A stretch of 64,000 nt of DNA from Mustelus asterias. Lineage: Eukaryota. The notes beneath the pieces are model-generated. The model searched no databases and was not told where the DNA came from. It was given only the letters and a program-made list of their open reading frames with translations. This document shows, piece by piece, positions 1 through 11,949 of the stretch. Position numbers and translations under genes: made by a program. Positions within the stretch are counted from its first letter, which is position 1, and the number at the start of each line of letters is the position of its first letter. Location of the stretch: NCBI RefSeq assembly GCF_964213995.1, contig NC_135823.1, positions 35,154,001 through 35,218,000 of the forward strand. Reading direction: 5' to 3'.

Positions 1-2476
1 GATGTAAAAATAAGAGGTGCATAATTAAATTAGGTGATTTCAACTTTCCTAACATTAATTGGGATAGCCATCATGTTAAGGGCTTAGATGGAGTAGAGTT
101 CTTAAAATGTATACAACTTCTTCGATCAATACGTAGAGGATCCAACAAGGGAAGGAGCTGTGCTGGACCTAATTCTGAGGAATGAAGTCAGACAAGTGGT
201 TGATGTGTTGGTGGGGGAGCATTTTGGTGATAGCAACCACAACATGATTCAATTCAAATTTGTTATGGACAAAGAAATTGACAAGCTGCAGAAAAAGGTT
301 TTGTATTGGGGGAGAGTAGATTTTAACAAAATTAAGACAGGATCTGGCCAAGGTAGACTGGAATGAGTTACTTGTGGGGAAATCTACAGAAGAACAGTGG
401 AGAGTGTTCAAAGATGAAATGGGGAGGGTACAGGCCCAACATGTTCCCTCTAGGGTAATAGGAAGGTGTAACAAATCCAGAGAACCATGGATAACCAGAG
501 GCATTCAGGATACAGTGAGATGGAAAAGAGGCTTTTAACAAGTATAAGGGGAGTAAGTCTGCGGAGGCATTAGTGGAGCACAGAAAGTGCAGGATGGAGC
601 TTAAGAAATCAGTAGGAGTGCAAAGAGGGGATATGAGAAAGCTCTGGCTCGTAAAAGTAGGGAAAATCCTAAGATATTCTATAAGTATGTCAATGGGAAG
701 AGGATAAGCAGGGAAAGAGTAGGGCCTGTTAGGGACCAAGAGGGAAATTGGTGGAGGCAGAGGACATTGGTAGGGTATTAAATGAATATTTCACATCTGT
801 CTTCACCCATGAGAATGAGGAGGTAGTTATGGAACTCAGGGAGAGAGACTCGAGAAAATCATAGGGAGTGATAACGTATTGGCAGGCTTAAAAATGGACA
901 AATCCCCACGTCCGGATGAATTGTGTCCCAGGCTGCTGTGGGAGGCAAGGGAGGAAATTGCAGGGGCTCTGACCCAAATTTTTAATTCCTCCCTGGCTCC
1001 CGGGGAGATGCCAGAGGACTGGAGAGCAGCTAATGTGGTCCCACTATTTAAGAAAGGTTGTAGAGACAAGCCAGGGAACTACAGACCAGTGAGTCTCATG
1101 TCTGTGGTTGGGAAACTACTGGAGAAGATTCTGAAGGAAAGAATCTATCTCCATTTGGAGAGGCAAGGTTTGATCAGGGATAGTCAGCATGGTTTTGTCA
1201 GAGGGAGGTCATGCCTAACAAATTTGATTGAATTTTTTGAGCATGTAACCAAGTGTGTGGATAAGGGTTGTGTGGTTGATGTAGTTTACATGGATTTCAG
1301 CAAAGCCTTTGACAAAGTCCCACATGGGAGACTTATTAAGAAGGCTCATGCACATGGGATACAGGGTGATCTGATAAGGTGGATACATAATTGGTTTAGT
1401 AGTAGGAGACAGAGGGTGGTCACAGACGGCTGCTTTAGTGACTGAAGGCCAGTGACCTGTGGCGTACCACAGGGATCCTTGCTGGGTCCCCTGTTGTTTG
1501 TCATTTATATAAATGACATAGATGACTACGTGGGAGTAGGATCAGTAAGTTTGCCAATGACACAAAGTTTGGCTGGGTGGTTAACAGTGAGGTTGAGTGT
1601 CTTGGGTTACAGGAAGATATAGATGAGATGGTCAAATGGGCAGATAAGTGGCAGATAGAATTTAGCCCCGATAAGCGTGAGGTGATGCACTTTGGAAGGA
1701 GTAATTTGACAAGGAAGTATACTATGAAAGGTCTGACACTGGGAAGTTCTGAAGAACAAAGGGACCTTGGTGTGTTTGTCCATAGATCTCTGAAGGCAGA
1801 AAGGCAGGTAAATAGGGTGGTGAAAAAAGCATATGGCACACTCGCCTTTATCAATCAAGGTATAGATTACAAAAGCAGAGAAGTCATGATGAAGTTTTAT
1901 AGAAATTTGGTGAGGCCACAGCTGGGGTACTGTGTGCAGTTCTAGTCGCCACATTATAGGAAGGACATGAACGCTTTGGAGGGGGTGCAGAGGAGATTCA
2001 CTATGATGTTGCCTGGAATGGAACATTTAAGTTATAAAGAGAGGTTGGATAGGCTTGGACTATTTTCTCTGGAGCAGAGAAGACCAAAGGGTGACCTGAT
2101 TGAGGTGTTCAAGATTATGAGAAGCATGGACAGGGTGGATAGGGAGCAGCTGTTCCCCTTAGTTGAAGGGTCAATTACGAGGGTTCACAAGTTAAAAGTG
2201 AGGGGTGGGAGGTTTGGGGGGGATTTGAGGAAAAACATTTTTACCCAGAGGATGGTGATGGTTTGGAATGCATTGCCTGGGAGAGTGGTGGAGGCGGGAT
2301 GCCTCACATCCTTTAAAAAGTACCTGGATGTGTACTTGGCATGCCATAACATTCAAGGCTATGGGCCAAGTGTTGGCAAGTGGGATTAGGTGGACAGGTC
2401 AGGGCCTTTCATGCGTTGGTGCAGATTCGATGGGCCAAAGGGCCTCTTCTGCACTGTAGGTTTCTGTGATTGTGTG
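1..2476 (+). mobile_element. CR1/HER1-type LINE, ORF2 (end of endonuclease, RT, 3' tail), decayed
   Basis: ORFs 879-1445 (KSPRPDELCPRLL...PGNYRPVSL...YMDFSKAFDKVPH), 1577-1945 and 1967-2389 are consecutive CR1 RT pieces broken by stops/frameshifts; typical tail gatgggccaaagggcctcttctgcactgtagg. Confidence 0.92.
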
Positions 2477-2934
2477 AAAATGCTTCGCAGCCAATTAAAT
2501 ACGTTTGAAGTTTTGTAACGTGTGGAAAGCAAAATTTGTGCAAAGTAAGGTCCCATAAAATGCAATGTGGTGAGTAATCACTTATCCCATCTGAGTAGTA
2601 CTATCGCCACCAATTAAAACAAACCATTTTCCATTTTCACAAATATCAATTTCAAAATTGCCACTGATAGTATCTTAAGTGCTCAGTTTAATTTGGGCAG
2701 AAGCAACAGATTACTCATTCACAACTCTTTCAGTTGCACTAAACAAGTAAAAACACTTCTAACTGTTAACTTACGTTAGTATATTTTATAACCCCCTCTT
2801 AAGTGGTATGTGGTTGCAAATTTTAATTAATTTAAATAATGTAAATCAGAGTGAATCAATACAGGAGGTATATTCCTGCCATTTACTAAAATAATGCTAT
2901 CATGCTATATTGATAGCTATTTGCTCGTACAGAA

Positions 2935-3612
2935 TTTGAATATTGCAGCGAAAAGAGATATCAAAGTTTTTGGTCTTGCTCTCATCAGACACTGCAAGAA
3001 TTCCAGTATAAAGGGAAAACAACAATTTATACTGCATGAAACAAGAATGCTGACTGGTTGGCAAACGGACTTTGATTGGTAGAGATTTTCTACCCTACTT
3101 CAGCTCTGAAGAAGTCATACAGATTCAAAACATTAATTCTGTTTGTTTCTCCATAGATGCTGCTGAATTTATCCAACATTTTCTGTTTTTATTTCAGATT
3201 TCCAGCATCCGCGGTATTTTTCTTTTATCTTGGCAGTTATTTATCAGTCACCTGTCTGTGACTGTCGGTTATCTGACAGGTGATTGATAGATAGCCATTC
3301 TCCATGGCTATAAGACTACAAGACATAGGAGCAGAATTAGGCCACTTGGCCCATCGAGTCTGCTCCGCCATTCAATCATGGCTGATGTTTTTCTCATTCC
3401 CATTCTCCTGCCTTTTCCCCATAACCCCTGACCCCCTTATTAATCAAGAACCAAGATGGCAACATCTCTACTAATCAGAGCCCACTTGCCAACAAATCAG
3501 CATTCTCTTCTCATATAGTATATTTGTTGTTTTCCCCTTATACTGTATTCTTGCCAGGTGTATTGGTGAGTGCAAAGCCAAAGGCTTTGATAACTCTTTT
3601 TTTCAGCAATAT
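2935..3612. mobile_element. Penelope-derived non-autonomous repeat, two inverted arms (2935-3085 -, 3463-3612 +), with nested insertions (3101-3230 repeat, 3310-3450 CR1 tail)
   Basis: The two arms are degenerate reverse complements (aagggaaaacaacaatttatactgcatga vs tcatatagtatatttgttgttttcccctt); left arm has a CTGATGA motif on the minus strand; related copies at ~28330-28550 and ~58340-58600. Confidence 0.55.
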
Positions 3613-4456
3613 CCATGTTATGTTGATCGTAATGGGCAATCATTATAACATGATTGCCTATAACATCACAACAGTGCCTGCTATAAGCGGTGGGAACTAA
3701 ATTAACTGAAAGCTGAGCACTTCCATTGAAAAGATGCCGTGAGGCCTTTTAAAACAACCTGACCAAGACTTTGGTTAACAATGGGATTGACAAACTACCG
3801 AAATGCAAGAAGCACATTTGTCCCACAAATCCTTTTGTAGAGTATAGTCAGCCAACACTTTCTTCATGTTGCCTTCAACTGGAAGCAGTACAAAAGGAGC
3901 TTTTTAAAAGAAAAAATGCATCCACAACAGCAATGTGAAGTAGGTGGATTGCTGGCACTTTAGAATTCAGTTATAAAATAGAATACAAATGGGCATATTC
4001 CTCATGTAGAGTCATAGAAGTTGGCATCGGTACAGGTGAAGTGCTACTGTGTTGCCATGTGTTAGGACAATTTCTTCTATGAGGGACTATTCCACTATTG
4101 GCAGGGAAAGGGGACAGATAAAATGAGGCAATGTGGTACTGTCTTATCTTAGTTGGAAATGTTGCTTGAGTCTGTATGTGGTGTCACTGTCTACCCATGA
4201 AAATGGTAAACAAGAGTAATTCAACCGCTTCCCAGAAATGCTCTGATTACGGGTAAGGGACATTGGCCCAAAAGTCTGCCAATAGTGATCTGACTCTAAG
4301 AAACAGATATCTGTAGGCACAACCCAAGCTCTGAAATGGCCCTTCTAAACCTCTCTAACTTTAAGACACTGTTTAAAACCTAGATCTTTGACCGAGTGTT
4401 TGGTCAGCTACTCAAATGTATCCTCCTTTACATCTGTGTCAAATTCTGTCTGGTAA

Positions 4457-5288
4457 CCATAAGAACTAGCAGAATTAGGCCATTTGGCCCATTGGGTTTG
4501 CTCTGCTTTTTCAATCATGGCTGATAAGTTTCTCAACCTCATTCTTCTGCCTTTTCCCCATAACCTTTGATCCCCTTGCCAATCAAGAACCTATCTATCT
4601 GTCTTAAATACACAAATGACCTGGCCTCCACAGCCTTCTGTGAAGATGAATTCCATTGATTCACCACCCTCTGTCTGAAGAAATTCCTCCTCATCTCAGT
4701 TCTACAGGGTCATCCTTTTACTCTGTGGCTGTGTCCTCAGATCCTAGTCTCTCCTACTAATGAAAACATCTTCCCCATGTCCACTCTACCCAGGCCTGTC
4801 AATATTCTGTAAGTTTCAATGAGATCCCCTCTCATTCTTCTAAAGTCCATCAAGTACAGACCCAGAGTCCCTCAAATGCTTCTCATCCATCAAGCTTTTC
4901 ATTCCCGGGATCATTCTCGTGAACCTCCTCTGGACCCTCTCCAAGGCCAGCACATCCTTCCTTAGATACGGGATCCAAAATTGCTCACAATATTCCAAAT
5001 GTGGTCTGATCAGAGCCTTATAAAGCCTCAGCAGTACATCCCTGCTTTTATATTCTTCCTCTCGAAATGAATGCTAACATTGCATTTGCCTTCCTAACTA
5101 CCAATTCAACCTGCAAGTTAACCTTAAGAGAATCCTGAACTAGGACTCCCAAGTCCCTTTGCACTTCTGATTTCTGAATTCTCTCCCCATTTAGAAAATA
5201 ATCTACGCCTCTATTCCTTCCAAAGTGCATAACCTCACATTTTTTCACTTTGTATTCCATCTGCCACTTCTTTGCCTACTCTCCTAAC
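4457..5288 (-). mobile_element. CR1 LINE 3' fragment
   Basis: ORF 5048-5260 (KCEVMHFGR...QRDLGVLV...KANAMLAFISRG) plus CR1 3' tail. Confidence 0.88.
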
Positions 5289-5764
5289 CGGTCTTGGGGC
5301 ATTTTACTATGTTATAGTTATATATTTGCTATTGAAACAGTAAAGAAATTCATCCCTATTCTATTTCAATCTGAATCCCCTCTGAAGAGACCTAGCATGT
5401 CATTCCGCTATTAATGACTATGGCAATTGAATAGGAAGTAATGTCTCCCTCACATTTCTGTGAGCAAATAAAAAGGTTAAGCACAAAAAAGAAACAAATG
5501 TGGACAGATCATTAATTTCATGACGTGTTGCCAATATTTGTGTACTCTGCAGTTAGAAAGAATAAATATACCAGAGTTCAGCCTCAATGACTCAGCCACT
5601 CTGTCACAGGGCTGGAGTGGAAGCTTGGTTTCCCTCAATTTATAAACAATAGCCATCACTCTTACGCTAAGAATCTAGAACCTTGTGGAATCCAGCTCAA
5701 CCAGATGGTGCAGATTTAGCTAGGGCATGACTCAAGGTGTGGCGAAGCCGACAGGTCACAAATG

Positions 5765-5886
5765 ACCTGTTTGTGAACAGAACTCCCACTTACCTGACGA
5801 AGGAGCAGCGCTCCGAAAGCTAGCGGCTTTTGCCACGAAATAAACCTCTTCGACTTTAACCTGGTGTTATGAGACTTCTTACTATC
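5765..5886 (+). mobile_element. Penelope-like element terminal repeat fragment with hammerhead-like core
   Basis: cctgacgaaggagcagcgctccgaaagct...aataaacc...gactttaacctggtgttatgagacttcttact; same family as 8340-8580. Confidence 0.7.
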
Positions 5887-6879
5887 ACTCAAGGTGACAG
5901 ACATTTCCAAATACTGAGAAACTCTGGCCTCTAAGCTCAATGCTAACATTTGTGAGCTAAGAATTGAACTATTGAATTGCTACCAGTGTTTTCAAGATGG
6001 CCAGTATTTACAGTTACATAAAGAACTGCCAAACAATCATTCCTTCTTGCTTGTCATGTACTGTACAAATACAAGAAGCAAAACCTTTACAGATGAATTA
6101 TATACTGTACCAACTGCAGCCATTCAAGACCCACCATCTCAAGGGCAGCTAGAATCAGACAATAAATGTTGATCTTTCCAGCGACACACACATCTCAAGA
6201 ATGAATTTTGTAAAATGCTTATCTTTATATCTTCAAACAAAAACAAGGGGATAGACTTTCCGTTTGTGGCCTGTCATTGTAGATTGGCCATCCTTCGTAG
6301 ATTACTTATTTTCAAATTGCATAATGTTTGGCCAAAACGCCAGGGAGAAACTCCCTTCTCTTCAGATAGTATCATGGGATATTTTATGTCCACTGAAGAG
6401 GGCAGAACGTCAATTCAATGTCTCATAAGAAACATGGCACTTCCAAGAGTATGTGCTGGTCACATGCCCGGCCTCTAAGTAACATCTTTCACAACCGAAT
6501 TCTTAGACTAATAGGCACCAAGAAGTCACGGCCTCTCCACAACTCCCATTTCCCCCTATTCCATTAAAACACACGCGTGTAGTAAACGGCACGTCATTAA
6601 TGCAGTGTGAAAACAAATATCATATTACAATTAAGAGAAATCTTTAATTTGAACTTGCAGAGGCCCTATATTAAACTGGACAGCCTTTGGCACAGCATCC
6701 ATACTCTGTGTGTTAATCCACTCTGCCAAGGTCAATATCTCAATACAATAAAACATATGTTCAGCAGAGCAGAAAAAACTACTCCGGCCAACCTGCGTTG
6801 TGCGGGGCATCCAGATATCCAAATCCAATGGCACACACACACATCCGGCTCACTATCAATTCAGACTGCAGATAATATC

Positions 6880-7600
6880 TGCTGACACCCCCGCCTCCCA
6901 TCCTTGCCCCAATTTCCAATGTTTTTCTGAACTCATAAGAAAATTGGGGAAAAATCAAATGCCTCCGCGATGTTTCTCCTGGCAGCTGCGCTCGGGGGGG
7001 GGGGGGGGGATGTTTAAACCCTGGGAGAGGCAGGACATTGCTTTGGGGTTGACACCTTGTCACCGTTGGGACTGATCCCGCCGAGGGGCAAGTTGTGAAT
7101 CTGGAGTCGGCAAAATATCATCTCCTTGTAATGTGCCAGGAACCCCCATGGTGGCTCTTGGTTGTTCAGCATTAAGGCAGTGAGTTATTCAGTAATTTGG
7201 GGGTGGGGGGGGACCCCGGCTGAGGAGTTTGAGCCACTCGGATCTTTGCGAGACTCTAATCACGGTGGGCCGAATGGCCTCCTTCTGCGCCGGAATAATT
7301 CTGTGATTCTGCTCCGATCTTCTACCCCCGTTCCCCAAATACTCACCTCGCCCTCGCCCCCGCCGCTCAGGTATCGCCGCTCGTCGGTTCCGTGTCGACC
7401 AATTTTGTCCTTCCTTTCCGCCTCCAACAGCCCATTTAAAGCGAGTCGTTCAGTTTCCCGCTCTGTTTCAGCTCCAGCTTCGGTCTCCCTCCTGAGCTCC
7501 CTGCCTTGAGACAGCCGCTCATAGCATCCCCCACCCCCAAAAGCTCCAGCTGGCATTTACCGTCCTGGGACCTAAATTCCTCCTACCTGCCTTAAAGCGA
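6880..7600. promoter_or_regulatory. CpG-rich island / probable promoter of a minus-strand gene
   Basis: Visibly high GC and CpG density relative to flanks; even the CR1 tail fragment at ~7263-7310 retains its CpGs. Confidence 0.65.
7347..7556 (-). other. Probable first exon of an unidentified minus-strand gene (either 70 codons MPAGAFGG...GGEGE or non-coding 5' UTR)
   Basis: Strong donor GAG|GTGAGT at 7347/7346 inside the CpG island; an in-frame ATG at 7556 has weak Kozak context; peptide not recognised. Confidence 0.45.
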
Positions 7601-7899
7601 CAGTGGCTTATCCAGTAGGCCCGTTACAAAATGTATATTGTAAATTTTCAATGCAGAAAAATTCTAATTTATAATATATTATTTGCTCTCTACATATTTA
7701 AACTAGATAAAATCTAAAAGCCACAAAATAACCCCTTATTTCAGTGAATGGGTGAGCATTTTCACCCTGTGGTCATCTAAACTGTGGAGATCACTCAATC
7801 TTAGATTCTACCTTGAAATACTTGTGTGTATGTGGAGAGTCTCTTGAAATGTATATGTTTGTGATAAAGTACCGTTGCTCAAGGACTGGTTCTCCTATT

Positions 7900-8010
7900 T
7901 AAAATAAATAAAATAGCCTGAGCAAATAGACTAAGGGATAAATTAAGGGGCAGCCCCTTAAAGGTTTGCTGCCTAAAACAAAACGCAAATCACAAATGAA
8001 ACCTAAAACG
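7900..8010 (-). mobile_element. Tx1-type LINE 3' UTR fragment (degenerate)
   Basis: aattaaggggcagccccttaaagg resembles aattaaaaggggcagctccccaaaagg in the Tx1 copy at 56266-56463. Confidence 0.4.
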
Positions 8011-8339
8011 TTAGACCAATGTTTAGACCATTCTAATGTACTTCACATGATTTTACTGTTGGACTATTATAAGTAAATAAGTAAAAATGTACAATTTCAA
8101 TTTATTTACAAAGGGGATAAACTTCCTCTGATACAGAAAGGAAGAATGCTGGATGTCCCAAAGTGCTTCCAGGCCAAGTAATTACATTTAAATGGTTGTC
8201 CCTATTGTACTGTAACACAACAGCAAGGTTTGACATAGAACATTGAGATAACTGACTAGATATATTTTTGTGACGTTGATTGAAGGATAAGCCAAGAGAA
8301 CCTCCCCCCCCCCCCCCCCTCCCTCCCTGTTCTTGTAAA

Positions 8340-8580
8340 GTCATGATGTGGAGATGCCGGCGTTGGACTGGGGTAAGCACAGGAAGAGGTCTCACAACAC
8401 CAGGTTAAAGTCCAACAGGTTTATTTGGTAGCAAATACCATAAGCTTTCGGAGCACAGCTCCTTCGTCAGATGGAGTGGATATCTGTTCTCAAACAGTGC
8501 AAACAGACACAGAAATCAAATTACAGAATACTGATTAGAATGCAAATCTCTACAGCCAGCCAGGTCTTAAATGTACAGTT
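8340..8580 (-). mobile_element. Penelope-like element terminus with minimal hammerhead ribozyme core (8438-8474)
   Basis: Minus strand reads CCAT-CTGACGA-A-GGAGC-tgt-GCTCC-GAAA-GC-TT-ATGG, then AATAAA and ...CCCCAGTCCAACGCCGGCATCTCCACATCA. Confidence 0.75.
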
Positions 8581-8609
8581 GTCTGTACATTTTTTCTATG
8601 TAAAAAATG

Positions 8610-8865
8610 TTTTCTATGGTGCACCTGTAAAAGTTGGTGAGAGTCGTAGCGGACGTGCCAAATTTCATTAGTCTTCAGAGAAAGTAGAGGCATTGGTGGC
8701 TTTCTTAACTATAGCGTTGGCATGGGGTGATCAGGACAGGTTGTTGGTGATCTGGACACCTAAAAACTTGAAGCTCTCGACCATTTCTACTTCGAACCCA
8801 TTGATGTAGTAGATAGGGGCATGTCCTCCACTACGCTTCCTGAAGTCAATGACTATCTCCTTCGT
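8610..8865 (-). mobile_element. Rex1/Babar-type LINE fragment
   Basis: Reverse complement matches the element at ~44040-44300 (ggagattgtcatcgacttcaggaag...catgcccctatctac). Confidence 0.8.
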
Positions 8866-10572
8866 ATGTGTTCACTTGATCCTGAATTCAGTGCAGTTTG
8901 TATTCACTTGGTCCTGCATTCGGTGCAGTTTGTGTTTGCTTGGTCCTGCATTTGGTGCAGTGTGTGTTTGCTTGGTCCTGCATTCAAAGCAGTTTGTGTT
9001 AGCTTGGTTCTGAATTCAGTGCAGTTTGTGTTAGCTTGGTTCTGAATTCAGTGCAGTTCGTGTTAGTTTGGTTCTAAATTCAGTGCAGTTTGTGTTCACT
9101 TGGTTCTGAATTCAGTGCAGTTTGTGTTCACTTGGTCCTGCATTCAGTGCAGTTTGTGTTCACTTGGTTCTGAATTCAGTGCAGTTTGTGTTCACTTGGT
9201 TCTGAATTCAGTGCAGTTTGTGTTCACTTGGTCCTGCATTCAGTGCAGTTTGTGTTAGCTTGGTTCTGATTTCAGTGCAGTTTGTATTCACTTGGTTCTG
9301 AATTCAGTGCAGTTTGTGTTCACTTGGTTCTGAATTCAGTGCAGTTTGTGTTCACTTGGTCCTGCATTCAGTGCAGTTCGTGTTAGTTTGGTTCTGAATT
9401 CAGTGCAGTTTTTTCTGAATTCAGTGCAGTTTCTGTTCACTTGGTTCTGAATTCAGTGCAGTTTGTGTTCACTTGGTTCTGCATTCAGTGCAGTTCGTGT
9501 TAGTTTGGTTCTGAATTCAGTGCAGTTTGTGTTCACTTGGTTCTGAATTCAGTGCAGTTTGTGTTCACTTGGTCCTGCATTCAGTGCAGTTTGTGTTCAC
9601 TTGGTCCTGCATTCAGTGCAGTTTGTGTTCACTTGGTCCTGCATTCAGTGCAGTTCGTGTTAGTTTGGTTCTGAATTCAGTGCAGTTTGTGTTCACTTGG
9701 TTCTGAATTCAGTGCAGTTTGTGTTCACTTGGTCCTGCATTCAGTGCAGTTTGTGTTAGCTTGGTTCTGAATTCAGTGCAGTTTGTATTCACTTGGTTCT
9801 GAATTCAGTGCAGTTTGTGTTCACTTGGTTCTGAATTCAGTGCAGTTTGTGTTCACTTGGTTCTGAATTCAGTGCAGTTTGTATTCACTTGGTTCTGAAT
9901 TCAGTGCAGTTTGTGTTCACTTGGTTCTGAATTCAGTGCAGTTTGTGTTCACTTGGTCCTGCATTCAGTGCAGTTCGTGTTCGTTTGGTTCTGAATTCAG
10001 TGCAGTTTGTGTTCACTTGGTTCTGAATTCAGTGCAGTTTGTGTTCACTTGGTTCTGCTTTTGGTGCAGTTTGTGTTCGCTTTGTTGTGAATTCAGTGCA
10101 GTATGTGTTCACTTAGTCTTGCATTCAGTGCAGTTTGTGTTAGCTTGGTTCTGAATTCAGTGCAGTTTGTGTTCACTTGGTTCTGAATTCAGTGCAGTTT
10201 GTGTTCACTTGGTTCTGAATTCAGTGCAGTTTGTGTTCACTTGGTTCTGCTTTTGGTGCAGTTTGTGTTCGCTTGGTTGTGAATTCAGTGCAGTTTGTGT
10301 TCGCTTGGTTGTGAATTCAGTGCAGTTTGTGTTCACTTGGTTCTGAATTCAGTGCAGTTTGTGTTCACTTGGTTCTGAATTCAGTGCAGTTTGTGTTCAC
10401 TTGGTTCTGAATTCAGTGCAGTTTGTGTTCACTTGGTTCTGCTTTTGGTGCAGTTTGTGTTTGCTTGGATCTGAAATCAGTGCAGTTTGTGTTCGCTTAG
10501 TCTTGCATTCAGTGCAGTTTGTGTTCACTTGGTTTTGCATTTGGGGATGTTTTTGTCCGCTCGGTCCTGCAG
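8866..10572. repeat. Minisatellite, 32-bp unit TTCAGTGCAGTTTGTGTTCACTTGGTTCTGAA, roughly 50 copies
   Basis: Directly visible head-to-tail array with variant units (GGTCCTGCA, CGTGTTAGTTT) and degenerate ends; no spacers. Confidence 0.97.
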
Positions 10573-10936
10573 GACGACATTACATTTTCATATAGCACAT
10601 GGAAAGCACTTTCAGGTGAGGCAGGCAGAAAATCAACAACAGGAAGGTGAGAAGCATTTGTCCGAGTTTTTAATTTGCAGGGTGTTATTTCCTCATGTCT
10701 TGGCAGGGAATTGACTTTGATGAGAAGAAAAAGCACCAGTTGATGGCTGTTTCACTTTTCCCTGGTACACAATGATTGAGAAGTTACTGCACTTGAAGAG
10801 TTGCAAAGGGAAATCACTTTGTGTTGTGAAGGAGCCTCAGGGGATCCTGGTTTTCACCCTTGAAAATCTGGTCACCTCAGGAATATTCTCCATTTGCTTG
10901 GATGAGTGTAGCTCATATAGTAATGAAATTCAACAC

Positions 10937-11207
10937 TGTGATAACCCCCATGATCTGCATGGGGAATCATTAATTGACCTCCCAGTTGGGCTCATTGAAT
11001 ACGAACTCCCTGGGGATTGGTAATTAACCAATCAGGTAGAGCTCATTTAACGAGCCCTGTATAAAGCAAGATCATGAGAGGGTCCATTAACCTTTTAGTC
11101 CTGGTTGAGACTCTGCTGTGTTCACCACAGGATTGTGGTATTGTTTATTTTCATTTTGTGTAATAAAAGCACGTTTCCTTCACAGTTGACTCCTGGAATT
11201 ATTATAA
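10937..11207 (+). mobile_element. Solo LTR inserted in an L2-like LINE fragment
   Basis: Starts TGTGATAACC, contains TATAAA (~11060) and AATAAA (~11162); flanked by (A)ACAC duplication; second copy inverted at 50634-50890. Confidence 0.65.
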
Positions 11208-11949
11208 ACACCAGAGAGGGCAAAGCAGCCCACTTGATTGGCACCCCATCTACCACGTTAAACAATTACTGCCTCTATCAATGGTGCACAGTGGTTGCAG
11301 TATGCACCATCTACAACAAGGAGGTGGGAGGGATAGAGGTCTAAGCCGGCACCCACCTTCGTCAATATCCAGCAGGGACTGGGGGAGGGGTCAATATCTG
11401 GTGAGGGGAGGGGTTAGTTATATTAAAATCTATGCAAATTCATGTAAAGCAGCTTCTTGCCAGTTTTGCTCATGAACCTGATGACATCACTGGTGAGAGG
11501 TGAGGAAGTTCTCACCCAAGAGAGCTGCGACTTCTGGATCTTGAGCCCCCGCCGGCATTCACTTGGACAGCGAACATGGGCTCAAGGTCGCTCCCATAAT
11601 TCCAAATGTGGTTTCACCAACACTCTGTAGTGAAATGTCCCTACTTTTGTATTACATTTCATATATCTTCCTGATCACTTGCTGTACCTGCTTACTGACT
11701 TTTTGTGATTCAAGTACATGGACACACAGGATCATATACCAGGATCCCCCATATCACAGAGTTCTGCAATCACATTCATTTTAAATAGTATACTGTTTTT
11801 CTATTCTTCCTGCCAAAGTCGATTAGTTCATATTTTCCGACATAGTTCATCTGCCAAATTTTTGCCTACTCACTTAATCTACCTGTATCCCTTTGCAGGC
11901 TCCCAAGGTCCTCTTCAAAACTTACGTCCCTACCTATCTGTCTGTCATA

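Noticed and set aside
3799-3878. Possible second exon of the minus-strand gene (acceptor cttccag|, ATG MKKVLADYTLQKDLWDKCASCIS)
   Set aside because: Weak donor (CG|GTAGTT), frame incompatible with the 70-codon exon, peptide unrecognised; not supportable without RNA data.
7365-7376. Plus-strand donor cag|gtatcg as a distal MLST8 first exon
   Set aside because: Weak site 11 kb away; a closer GC-rich region exists at 17.7-18.3 kb.
8866-10572. CRISPR-like array or Cys/Val-rich repetitive ORFs
   Set aside because: Units are contiguous with no unique spacers, the context is eukaryotic, and the ORFs are by-products of a 32-bp period.
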